A stretch of DNA of 64,000 nt from Bispira polyomma (lineage: Eukaryota). The stretch lies in the NCBI GenBank assembly GCA_965649765.1, contig OZ287749.1, positions 21,142,001-21,206,000 of the forward strand. The letters run 5' to 3'. The notes under the pieces are model-generated. The model was not told the DNA's origin, did not search any database, and saw nothing but the letters and a program-made list of their open reading frames with translations. The position numbers and the translations under genes are program-made. Shown piece by piece: positions 1 through 12,100 of this stretch (its first letter is position 1; every line of letters starts with the position of its first letter).

Positions 1-469
1 CATCTCCTGGGAGGTTGCTCGTGGAGCATATGCCAGTAATATGCATGATATTGAAGAGGGTCATTTGAGTTGGACCAATGACACAAAATGGAACATGAAT
101 CGGCTTTCTTACTCTCAAGCCCTCATATCCAGTACCACCACACCTTCGACCAGTTCGTTGTCTGCTTCATCTTCAAACAAAAATGAAATGTCTTGCAGGC
201 GTTACCAAAAAAATGATTGCCAACACCAGAAAGATCACGAGGGCAATAACATTACATTTCGACATATCTGTGCCAACTGTTTCCGGCTCAACAAGAGGAT
301 GAACCCACATCCCGAGTCGAATGCTTCAAATTACACGGCCGCCCAACGGCACCCGCGAACGCCCCTCAATAGGGACTCGGACTGCCAGCAGACACCACAG
401 CTACTCGCCTTAAGTTCACCTCCGATGTCGTTATTAACCATTGTGTGCTGCCAGGAAGTTGTGGTTTAA
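1..469 (+). CDS. C-terminal part of gag-like ORF1 of DIRS element 1
   Basis: CRRYQKNDCQHQKDH and HICANC zinc-finger-like motifs; same motif pattern as the gag at 35875-36270 (CRFYQKGSCSHKSDH). Confidence 0.7.
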   Translation, partial: ISWEVARGAYASNMHDIEEGHLSWTNDTKWNMNRLSYSQALISSTTTPSTSSLSASSSNKNEMSCRRYQKNDCQHQKDHEGNNITFRHICANCFRLNKRMNPHPESNASNYTAAQRHPRTPLNRDSDCQQTPQLLALSSPPMSLLTIVCCQEVVV

Positions 470-3130
470 CCAGTGGTTCTAATAAGCCAATTTGTAAAAA
501 TAAAAACAGTTTTCAGTATGATTTCATAAATAATTTTAGTTGTCCACTCAATGAGTCAATTATTCCATTGAGTTATAGTGATGCCAGTAAGACATCCCAA
601 GCATTACCTGCCAGTGTTTCCTTTAATGACTTATGTTTGCAAGACTTGCCTGTTAAATTGAACGTTATGAACTCTGTTCAGTGTGATAATTATGGTCAAA
701 AACCATCAGCTGTCTTTCATACAGTAGACGTTTATGTTAGCACCAGTAATTTTAAGTCTGATTGTCTAACTTATTGCTATATCGTTTGTCATGATGAGTC
801 ATGTATTTCAGGTGTATACAAATGGACTTATGGTTTAAATATGTGGTACTTACAACAAACCCCTTACATTCTGGATCACATATGGCCATTATCCTATGTG
901 AACACCACTTGTGCCACGACACTCAATCACACTCAACCAAATCAGTCAAAAAACCGTGCAAAACTTAATGTGGCACATACACACACAAAAATTGGACAAA
1001 CTTTCTATTATACAGATATCATTGACAAGATTTGCAAATCAAATTTTCAACACCAGAGCAATTCAGATTGTAACCATCAAGCTCCCTTACCCCTTGAGCA
1101 TCAATTTGATCAAGGTGATGCACTAGTACATAATGACAAGGTTATGAGTCAAAAATCTAAATTAGTGCATAATGAAACTTCTAGGATTCAAAAACCTATA
1201 TTGGTGCACCATGATACTTCTGTGATTCCGAAACCTACATTAGGGCATAATGAAACTTCTATGATACAAAAACCTATATTAGTGCACAATGAAGATTCCA
1301 TTATTCAAAAACCTATATTTGTACATAATGAAGACGTCATGATTAATGACATCTTACCACCTCAATCATCAGATACTAATGTGGACAATGTCACACATGA
1401 ATCCTTTCTTATTTCTAGAGACAGAACTTGTGGCTTCATACCACACAGACAGAACAGTTTTAAATTTGTGGGTCCAGACAGACAACCAGTTCTTATAACT
1501 TCTTATGACAAACTCATTGAGATTGCAGACATTGTTAAGAACTCTGGATTTCCCAACTATAAACAAGCCAGGATACCACTTAAGAGCACCCTCAAAGTTG
1601 AAAATTGGAAGAAATACCTGACCGATTATCCTGACAACATCATATTACAATATATTGAATTTGGTTTTCCCATTTCATTGTATGATAGAGATAGACTGAC
1701 AGTCAAAAATGTTAAGAACCATTACTCAGCAAAAACTTTTCCAGAAGCTGTGGACAGATATTTTGTCACAGAACTTGAACGAGGTACTCTAGTGAGTTCA
1801 TCTAATTCTGACCTTCATCCTGATATACACTGCTCTCCACTTTTGACTGTGCCTAAGGACACTGACAAGCGCCGTCTTATATTGAATCTTTCTCACCCAG
1901 CAGGCTACTCTGTAAATGACTGTACTGTTAAGTCCAAGTATGACACAATCGACTTCACTTTGAAATTACCCACTATTGACCAAAGTATGGACATAGGACC
2001 TAAGGCGACCTTAGCAAAGGTGGACGTTGCGCACACATTTAGGAACCTAAGAATAGATCCTTATGACTGTTTGAAGCTGGATTATATATGGAAGGAGCAG
2101 TGCTTTATTGACTTAAGTCTGACTTTTGGTCTCACTCATGGCACTGCTGCTTTTATGATGACCTCAGATTGTGTTACTTACATCATGAAACAAAAAGGTT
2201 TCACAGTTATGAATTATATAGACGATTTTTTGCTCATAGAACACGAAAGCCTTATCCTACGAAACTTTACAACAGATACTAACAGACTTAGGTCTTCCCA
2301 TTAACCCCAATAAGTTAGTACCTCCCAGCAAGCGGGTCACATGTATGGGCATTGTTATAGACATCCAACAAGAAACCCTCAGTATAGATAAGGAAAAATT
2401 AAATTCAATTCACAATACTTGCTTGGAGTTCAAACACCTGGGGAAAGTTCGGAAACAGAAGTACCAGTCGTTACTCGGCAAGCTATTGTATATACATCGA
2501 TGTATCAAACCTTCTAGGATTTTTATGAACAGAATGCTTGCTTTGCTACGTCAGTCTACAAGTCGTAAAGTTATCATTCTAAACGGTGAATTTCATAAAG
2601 ACTTACAGTGGTTCCTGTGTTTTCTAAAGCGGTTCAATGGTATTTGCAAGTACAGTTACTTAAACCAAGATAATGACATTTTATTACAGGTTGACGCCTG
2701 CTTATCAGGCATAGGGGGCATTTCAGATGACAAAGTGTTCAGGGTTGCTCTCCTTTCCTTCAATTTTTCCATTGTGCATTTTGAAATGGTCAGTGTTTTA
2801 ATAGCCTTAAAGCTATGGGGCCATGAATGGGAAAACAAAAAACTTAAGATACAATCTGACAACATGGCTGTGGTGGCTGTTGTGCAGTTTTCTAAAACTA
2901 GAGATGATTATCTCGGACTATGCCTCCGTAATATATGGTAAATCTGCGCTACTAAAAATATTGACTTAAATATCAGTCATATTCCAGGCAAAGACAATAT
3001 AATTGCAGATGCGTTATCTCGGTGGTATGAATCAGTGCATCATGCTGATTATGTAAAAAATATTATTATGGGCAACTTCATCTTGTATGACGTCCCCATT
3101 GACTTATTTACCCTTGACAGTTATATATAA
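445..3130 (+). pseudogene. RT/RNase H ORF2 of DIRS element 1, with a frameshift near 2250-2300 and a stop at 2939-2941
   Basis: DIRS RT motifs GFP, HCSPLLTVPK, RRLILNLSHP, AKVDVAHTFRN, LTFG, YIDDF; RNase H continues in ORF 2345..2941 and past its stop to TAA at 3130. Confidence 0.85.
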
Positions 3131-3136
3131 TTTCAG

Positions 3137-4116
3137 ACACTTCCTTACTTGCCACTTCACTGGTGCAAGATGCATTTAGACGTTTAGAACGGAGTCACAG
3201 ACCAAGAACACAGAAACAGTATGACAACCAGTTTCGATTGTTTCTGAGTTTCACAATTTATTATGACTTACAACAGACTTTTAGTTTCAACAGTATCATA
3301 GCTTTCTTTGAATTCTTGACTCAATCAGGAATTTCTTACAATGTCGTCACAAATTACCTTTCAGCTTTAAGACACAAAACTAAAGTGCTGAACATTCAGA
3401 ACACTGGGCTTTATGATCCCAGATTACCTTTATACACCAGATCCTTAGAGATCACTTCCAAGTATTCACCCAAGGTCAAAGGGGTTTTTGACTTAACTCA
3501 ACTCTTACAAATTTCTCAAGCATGTGAACAACTTCAGTATCCTGAGTTATTTAGGACAGCTTTTTTGTTTGCATTCTTTGGTTTTTTACGAATATCAAAT
3601 TTGACTCCCTCTTCAGGTACCCCCTTTGACCCCACTAGACATTTCACAAGGTCAGATATCTTATTTGCTCCTCCTGGTATTCACTTCATTATAAAATGGT
3701 CTAAAACAAATCAGGCTAGGACTTCTCCTGATATCATACAATTACCTTCCCTCAGCAATTCTTGGCTGTGTCCTGTTAGGGCTGCAAAGTCCCTTTTTCA
3801 AAAATATCCCCTTGGACCCATGGATCCTCTTTTAGCAAATCCTTCAAACACATGTCTTTGCTTAACAGACAGCAAGTTAAGATCTACATTAAAACTTATC
3901 CTTAATCAGCTAAACATCCCCACTGAAGGTCATTCTTTTCATTGTTTCAGGCGCTCTGGCGCCTCTTTAGCTTTCAATTCCAACATAAAACTCCAGCACA
4001 TACAAAAACATGGGTGCTGGAAGTCAGATGCAGTGTGGACTTATTTAAAAAATACTTCTCACGCTTCTTCTATCATCCCTACCACTTTTGCTTCTATTGT
4101 CTCTAAAGATTTATAA
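3137..4116 (+). CDS. Tyrosine recombinase of DIRS element 1 (reading frame intact, no ATG; preceded by a tttcag acceptor)
   Basis: Catalytic motifs FLRISN, KWSKT, HCFRRSGA, HGCWKS and WTY all present in ORF 3163..4116. Confidence 0.9.
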
Positions 4117-4220
4117 ATTAATATCCCAAACTGCATCTGACCTTTTACCTTTCAAAACCTCACACACAAGGTCAAACTACCATCTTATGACCTTGACCTC
4201 AAACGCATTTCACTCGGCTG
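4103..4220 (+). repeat. Split direct repeat B1 of DIRS element 1
   Basis: 118 bp, nearly identical to 5224-5341; overlaps the YR stop codon. Confidence 0.9.
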
Positions 4221-4711
4221 TCTTCGTCACTGCCACGAAGTAGCATGGCTAGTCAGCCATGGAAATGCTATACTTTACTGTACTTCTATTTTCAAACTAC
4301 TTGCTTATCACAGTCACTCCTCACCCCAACGCTGCATTCAGATAACACTCCCTCCACTCTCCTCGGCATTTTCCCCTTTTCTTATACTCTCACTGATAAG
4401 TCAGAAGACAAATCCTTCTTACTCTCCCCATCGCTTTGGTGGTGCATTCAGATAACACAGCCTCCACTCTCCTCGGCGTTTCCCGCCTTTCTTATACTCT
4501 CACTGATAAGTCAGAAGACAAATCCGTCTTACTCTCCCCAGCGCTTTGGCGCCCTTTCTAGGATAAGCTCATTATTAAGTCAGAAATCAAACTAACAACA
4601 TCAAAAATCTCCCAACCCTCCTCCCTTGTACATATTTGTAAAATATCCAAGGATTGTGGGCTTAATACTCACTCCTTTGCCTTAGGGCTTTAATTCTTTA
4701 AATTTGTTTAA

Positions 4712-5077
4712 GCTATGATTGGTTATTTGTTACCATATTGCTTACCTTTTCTGTTTAGCTATGATTGGTTATGTTTACCATATTGCTACAGTAGCTCTTT
4801 AATTCACTAGTTATATGTACCATATTGCTGTACTAGCATGTTGTTTTATTTTGTAGTTACCATTGGTTATATCTACCATATTGCTTTATTTTCTTATTTT
4901 TAGCCATGATTGGTTATACTTACCATATTGCTACCAGCATTTTATTCTTCGTCATCATTGGTTATATTTACCATGTTGCTTTATTTTCTTAATTTTAGCT
5001 ATGATTGGTTATGCTTACCATATTGCTATTAGTTTTTTATTCTTAAGTCATCATTGGTTATATTTACCATGTTACTT
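4712..5077. repeat. ~48-bp-period tandem array, about 8 units with core ATTGGTTATnTTACCATATTGCT
   Basis: Units visible at ~4714, 4761, 4807, 4860, 4905, 4955, 5000 and 5050. Confidence 0.85.
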
Positions 5078-5223
5078 TGTCTATGAGTTACCTTACTGTT
5101 ATATTTTCTCTTATGTGTTGGTTTTTTTTTTAAAACCCTTTACTTGCCTATTGGCATGTTAAAATTTTAGTTCTTATCTAAAATTTTCTGTATAGTTGTA
5201 CATAGAAGCTAAACATTTATAAA

Positions 5224-5341
5224 CTAAAGATTTATAAATAAATATCCCAAACTGCATCTGACCTTTTACCTTTCAAAACCTCACACACAAGGTCAAATTA
5301 CCATCTTATGACCTTGACCTCAAACGCATTTCACTCGGCTG
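5224..5341 (+). repeat. Split direct repeat B2 (3' terminus) of DIRS element 1
   Basis: Near-identical copy of 4103-4220; unrelated sequence follows. Confidence 0.9.
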
Positions 5342-5379
5342 AATGTATTTTGTAGCATAGAATACACTGATGTGCTCCC

Positions 5380-6030
5380 TGGCTGAAAATAAAGGCTACA
5401 TTGAAAATACAATAATAAAGTATGGTAAACAGGCAAATTGTAACTACCCAAAATTACATACTTATACCAGACCTGCTTGTGTTGGTGGACTTCCAAAAAG
5501 TTTTTATCTCTGTATCTTTAGATATTTTGGTATTTATTTTAGATTTGGTCATACAAAATAAAATTGAGTAAACTTCTCAATACCAACATCATTGCATCAG
5601 TGGTCCAACATGGCATTCTTGTAGAACCAGTTAGTGTTCAAAGATGTAGCAGACAAGGAGATGAAATTTCTCCTGATAGCTCTTTCCATGCCCAAATTCT
5701 AAATATAATGATGAGCGATAATGAATGCATCAAAAGTATTACAATAACTAATTTGGAAATAAAGTAACACAGTTCGCCGATAACACAACTATATTACCCA
5801 ATTGAATCAATGATTCCTTAAAGGCAGCTCTAAATACTCTAAAATTTTAGTAACTTTTTATCCTAAGGATTAATACAGAAATACTCAGATAATTTGGATA
5901 GGAAAAAAAGAGACTTGCTCTTGACATATTAGAAGTAGATAGACCCCTGAGTTGAGAAGTTATTGAATTATCTATACTGGAAATAAAAGTTATATTTTTT
6001 GTGAAAAATTATTTGGATACCAATTGAATG
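5380..6030 (+). pseudogene. Degenerate L1/Tx1-type RT fragment
   Basis: GYIENT, LLNTNIIASVVQHG and RCSRQGDEISP resemble L1/Tx1 RT motifs (RYIGEN, RQGCPISP); many stops. Confidence 0.6.
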
Positions 6031-6104
6031 TAGTAAAAGGCAATTATGTTTCCTTTAAGTTTTGATTGTTGACTAAATTGATACATGAGACCATGTGTTT
6101 TAAG

Positions 6105-9100
6105 AACCCTGACAGCTCATCCCCACCTCGCAGGGACACCAGCTGACAAAGGACAAGCAGAAGAGATGAAACAGTTCTGGGAAGATCAGGGTCTGAAGTC
6201 CTGGCTGACCCCTTATAAGGTGTTGTTGTCATATCCAAATAAGGACAAACCCAACAAAATTGAGCTGCAAGATGGTTCAGGAAGTGCCCTATTTACAACA
6301 CAACTGGTGGAAAAGATCTTAAGACCAGATCAAAACCAGAGTGATGTGGTCCCACCTTTTAATGCTTTCTCAGGAAAAGGTATGCCACAGGTAAGTATAT
6401 ATATGAAATAAATTTAGTTCCTCCTCATAGCAAAGTTCATCAAAGTATCCACATAAATCTCAAAGCCTTTAAAATAAGTCATCTAGGTTCTCCAGATATA
6501 TTCATATATTTCCATAAGCAACAACATTTAATTCACTTATAAATCTAAACATCAATTTAGTTATTGCTTGATTTTGTATGAAAGATAGGGATGCTGACAT
6601 TTGAGGGATTCAATGAGAGGTCATATTTCGACAGACACAAAGAAAAAACACTTCAAAGCTCAACAATTTGTATTCAAGTTACCTTTGACATTGGTCAACA
6701 GTTAATATTATATGTTCCATGCATTTGTTACCAGCTGATTAAGCTGTGCCACTACAAAAGGTCTGTATTGGATAATCTGTTCTTTTTTCCACCGAATTAG
6801 GGTTCATTGGTGTATGTCAACTATGCAAGAGTGGAAGACTTCAACTTTCTGAAGGAAAGAAAGTACATGGACTTCACTGGTAAAATATGCATTGCCAGAT
6901 ATGGGAAGATCTTCCGAGGAGACAAGGTTGGTATTATGGAACAGATTTTTACTGCTGTTACAATTATTCATATAACTTTATTATTATATTACGACTTACT
7001 TTTTTGGAAATTTATAAAATATTTGTTATATCTGCAAGGCATATTGTTATTCCTCTTTTGTAAGTAAAAATTCTTATTGTAGTTTTTATATCACAAGTAA
7101 AGCTTTCTCACCAGATTAGATTAACTTGGGTTTACATTGTTTTTAACACGTCCATTGTCATATCATGATGGGCAGTTCACAGGTGGAGCAAACAGGGTAT
7201 TTGGTTAAGGTTTCTGCTCTGCAAACCACAGGCCTTCTTCAAGTATACTGCTAACATCCCCACATACATGCCCAGATTCGAACCCATGACTACAAAAATG
7301 GATGGCTGGTGTGGTACCACTACATTACTAAAGCCTTTACTTTGTTGCTAGGAGTTGTGTCTTTATATAAATTGGAAACATGGATCACAATGTTTGGCAT
7401 TGATATACCAGCAACAGTATCATTGTGCACATCGAAAGTGCAGATAAAACATGTGAAATCCAACTGTAGATAAGACATTGATTCATTTTTTACAAGGCTT
7501 ACAAGGCAGAACATTTTGGCTGTATGGGGCTGATCCTTTATACAGACCCCAAAGACTATGCTGTGGATCAGCTTGGTGATCAGGTTTATCCAAATACCTG
7601 GTGGCTACCTCCCTCTGGGGTCCAAAGAGGCCTTTTAAACAATGGCAAAAGTGATGCTCTCACCCCAGGATACCCTTCAATAGGTTTATGTTTTAACATT
7701 TTGATTTCGCTGTCTGTTCGTGGAAGTAATATATGTGTAGTTTGAATTTAGTTGGCATTTACATCATTTTCAAGAGTTTTTGTCATATCGCATGACATGG
7801 CCAGGCCAGATTCAGTGGTGGCTAAAGTACTGTAAACCACCGACCTATGGCAAGTACCTGAGAAACTTTCCCACATGAAAGAATGAATGGGCTGAGGTTG
7901 GTTACTAGTTAAATGTAGCATTATCCTATTGCTTGTTATTGATGAGTAAAATATGCAAGAGTAACTAATTTGAATGGTTTTTTTAATTTAGTTTCAAGTT
8001 AACAAGTGTTGTTTTTTACAACTAACCTCGGATAATCAATATTACGTTTACACACGAATAGTAGGATGTTGTTTTGCTTCAATTATACTTTTTAGAATGT
8101 ACTTTACAGTAGAAGTTTGAGGTGTAAAAAAAAGTTTGTGGTATTTTAAAGACAGATGTAACTAACAGACCACATATTCAAAAGTCACTGTTTTGTCTAT
8201 GTTTGTGAATGAAAGGCCTTTCAAGATCAACATTCTGAGCTAAGGTAGAAAAGACCAAGTTACAAAATTTTTAAAATATTAAAATGTCCTTACTTATTTT
8301 ATCACTCATCTTATTTGGATTGTCTGACTTACTATAGAGAAACGTTTAAGCAAAAATGGTAAGTTTCATAACTGGCTATCATGTGCATTACTTTCATGAG
8401 GGAACTACTATTTCGAAAAAAAAATAGAAAGAGAAGCAGTACATGTTATAAACTTGGCAATCTGAGTTATACTTAGAACAAGGAAATGGCAACTTCACAT
8501 TGGCAGACTTTGACCAATACAAACTGATCCATGCCGCAAAGCGAAGTGTTTTAGTTCATTATAAATACAAGAAGAAAGATGGGGCCATTCCTACACAATA
8601 AGAGAAAACAAAAACATCGGACTGCGTCAATAGATCGGATTAATCCAGGCCTTTGGACCTCATTTCTAGGGAAGTAATGCTGAGCGGTTTGGAGCCAGTG
8701 GACTTATCCTGTATACAGATCCATCAGACTATGGATCTAGTGATGGAGTCCAGCCATATCCCACCTCCTGGGGGCTCCCCAGTTCTGGGGTACAAAGAGG
8801 GAATGTAAGAAGAAGTGTAGGGGGCAGAAGTGGGGACCAGCTGACCCCTGATATGCCGTCTATAGGTGGTTAACTATTACTATCGGAGTTGTGTTTATGA
8901 TCGGTTTCACTCAGCATGGTTTGTGTTATTGTATTTATAAAGACGCTTCATTACCTTTATTTACTTTAAACAGGTTGACTAGTTCAGAGTTACTTTACTG
9001 GCTTTACAAAAGTGATAAAGTCTCAATGATAATTGGTAATAAAGTAATAACCTTGACACACAAGGGTTTCAGATTGTTTTTTTAAAAATAATAGGAAAAA

Positions 9101-12100
9101 ATTTAATTTCCAATAAAGGTTTTTTCTATCTTTCATTAATAACACTAATCTATAGTTTATCTTTTAAGCATAACCACACCTGCTATTTAAATCTGTCACC
9201 AATATATTGTAGCAATAAATGTCAAATTCGATATCATTAAAGAGAATATATTACACCTGCCAAGTGATTTAGACCTTATTGTTGTGCTGCTTACATGTGT
9301 CATTACATCATTAGCATTCCACCAGTTTGCAAGGGGTTGTGACAGGTTTATAGTACAAATGGCATTATTACTGTGATGTGCCTTGTAGGCCAAAACGGTA
9401 GAATACTTTGGCAGCCAGAGGTCTTATTTTGTATACTGATCTATAGGACTATGGGCCTCTTAATTCGGTAGAAGGCTATCCGGATACACAGTGAATACCA
9501 AGTTCTGGGGTACAAAGATGGTCTGTCCGTAGAAGTATTGGTGGTATTTTGGGAGACATGTATAAATATATATATATATATATATATACTGTCCACCAGT
9601 TTACAAAGAATCACAGGTTTATAGTGCAAATAGCATTAGTACTGTAATGTACTTTGTAGGCCAAAATAGCTGAAGACTTTGGAGCCAGAGGTCTTATTTT
9701 GTATATTGATCCATGGGACTATGGGCCTCAAAGTTTAGTACAAGCGTATCCAAATACGTGGTGGTTACCAAAGTCTGGTGTACAAAGAGGGGCTGTCCGG
9801 AGAAGTATTGGAGGCATTTTTGGTGACATGCTGACTCCNNNNNNNNNNNNNNNNNNNNNNNNNNNNNNNNNNNNNNNNNNNNNNNNNNNNNNNNNNNNNN
9901 NNNNNNNNNNNNNNNNNNNNNNNNNNNNNNNNNNNNNNNNNNNNNNNNNNNNNNNNNNNNNNNNNNNTAATGATATTCTGTATAGGGTGCAGTTCTAACT
10001 CTACACTGCCACTCCATACTTAGGACACTATGTAGATTTAAAACACGAAAATAATGCTGAAGTATTAATCATTAGTTTTTAACTTTATCCTGCCAGTCAA
10101 CATTAGAACATGATGTATGTTTAGAACAGCAAAATAATGCTGAATTTCGAATCATTAGTTTGTAGTACTTGTAGTACTTGTAGTCATTCTGTAAGTTTAT
10201 GCACTTTACACCAGATATACTAATCTTTTCAATGTCTATTACTATTCATTTTACATTACACTCTATTCTCAACTAACATATAAGTATAAGGTCCACATTA
10301 GCACCAGCCTCAGTTGCATCAATGATTCATTGCATGGTTTTACTAAATGCATTTTAAATGTATTACAATCACAAAACTATTAGTTGTATAACATTGGACG
10401 GTCTTGTTAAAAACAATTAAACCTGTTTCACGAAATGACATATACTATTCAGAAAACATGGTCAATTGATTCTATATTTCAGAGATTATTGTATTTCATA
10501 CTTTCTTGATATCAGATCTGAACCCTTCACTGATACATTAGGAATATAAGCAAACACAACTTTTGAAAAATTCGATCACCCCAACCCCACCCCAAAACAT
10601 GAAACTCCTTAATTATTAGAGGTTCATAGTGCTCAACCAAAGCAATTAAGACAATGTAGTTTTTTTCTCATATTCAGTGAGCAATGATGGGAAATATATA
10701 GCAATATATAACATTTTGCTACAAAGTTTCTAAGATGGCCAATTGATCATAGATCATCAAGTGAGTTTCTACATGAAACCTACATTTTCTTATCGTACCT
10801 TATCTTACTGTAATTACAATCAGCCATTTAAGACGTTCAATAGGTGATACCTCAGTTATACTGTCACTGGCTATCATTATATTTAATAATATTTTACATG
10901 AACTGTGAATCCAACTGTTCACATTTGTCCACCTATAATAATTTCATTCAGCAGCAACAAAAACTATCACACTATTAAAAAAAACCCATTTACCTTTCTT
11001 AACACCTATCTCCATTGTCACATTTTATTAATATTTTACCCTGTCCACAGCTAAGTACACAAAAGTATATTCTACAGCCAATAACCACACAGTAAAGCTA
11101 ATTATGCAATATTTTCCAATGATATGGGGGTGGTCAAGGCGGTCAGTTTACATGGGTCATACTCAATTTATATTCCACTATAGTCATCGCCTTACATGTA
11201 AGTTGCATTCTAAACCCACATCTAATTCGACTACAACTTGTTCTTTGTACTACTAGTGCATCTTTTGACAATTGTAAAATATGCTATGGTCAGTAGAATC
11301 ACTTGTGGACTAAGTGAAGAATGTATCACATTCTAAATTAGGTATACTAAGGCGATCACAGGACGAGTGATACACCCGACTAACACCACAGGGCATTCTT
11401 TATTCATCTTCTATGCAATTTTACCAATGACAACACATTGTCGACCCAGGACATTTTGATGTGGCTTCCTCTGCTGTGAGCGATCATTAGCGGCTATCTA
11501 GATAATAATAAAATGTCGCCACCGATCATGTGAGGGTTGTACAATGATACCATTTCAAGATAGTGGAAATGGTAGCCAGGCCTAAAGTGGGAAGCAGATT
11601 GGAAATGGAGTACCAAAGCTTTTGGTGGAGTCTGCGCAAGTTTATCACTATCGTACCACAGTGATTTACAGGTAATGCAGCCTATGACTTAGATGCAGGC
11701 ACAAAACAGATATTATGATGACAAAACATTTATCATTTATTTACCTGATGTCTAGGGGTATAAATGTATCCCGTTAAATGATTTATATTTTCAGGGTCGT
11801 CAAGCAGAAAGGTTTGGGGCAGCAGGCCTTATACTCTATTCAGATCCATTTGATTATGCCAATCCGGAATCTCAGGATGCTTATCCTGACTCCTGGTGGT
11901 TACCACAATCTGGAGTACAAAGGGGATCCACCTCTCTTGATGGAGATGTGTTAACACAGGGCTTTCCTTCTATAGGTCAGCAACACTCAGTTCTTATCTC
12001 AGCATACATACCTCTGGATACCAAACTACAACAAACAACAATAAGTTTTTATCAATAACAGTTAAGTTGTCACATAAAGAAAGACTCTTTTAATATTTCA

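Larger units (their letters stand above)
1..5341 (+). mobile_element. Tyrosine-recombinase retrotransposon (DIRS order, PAT/Ngaro-like split-direct-repeat type), 5' part outside window
   Basis: Order gag-like (Cys/His) - RT (YIDDF) - RNase H (VDACLSGIGG, SDNMAVV, HIPGKDNIIADALSR) - YR, then a 118-bp direct repeat at 4103-4220 and 5224-5341 flanking ~1 kb of non-coding DNA (B1-A2-B2 layout). Confidence 0.9.

Noticed and set aside
4245-5162. Hydrophobic ORFs 4245..4595 and 4863..5162 as membrane proteins
   Set aside because: Translations of tandem repeats in the retroelement's non-coding region.
11400-11700. GC-richer intronic block as a sixth alternative exon
   Set aside because: No GLILY or GVQRG homology, and stops in the frames I read; it could still be regulatory.
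7497-11975. Several tandem genes instead of alternative exons
   Set aside because: No copies of the flanking exons occur between the repeated exons.
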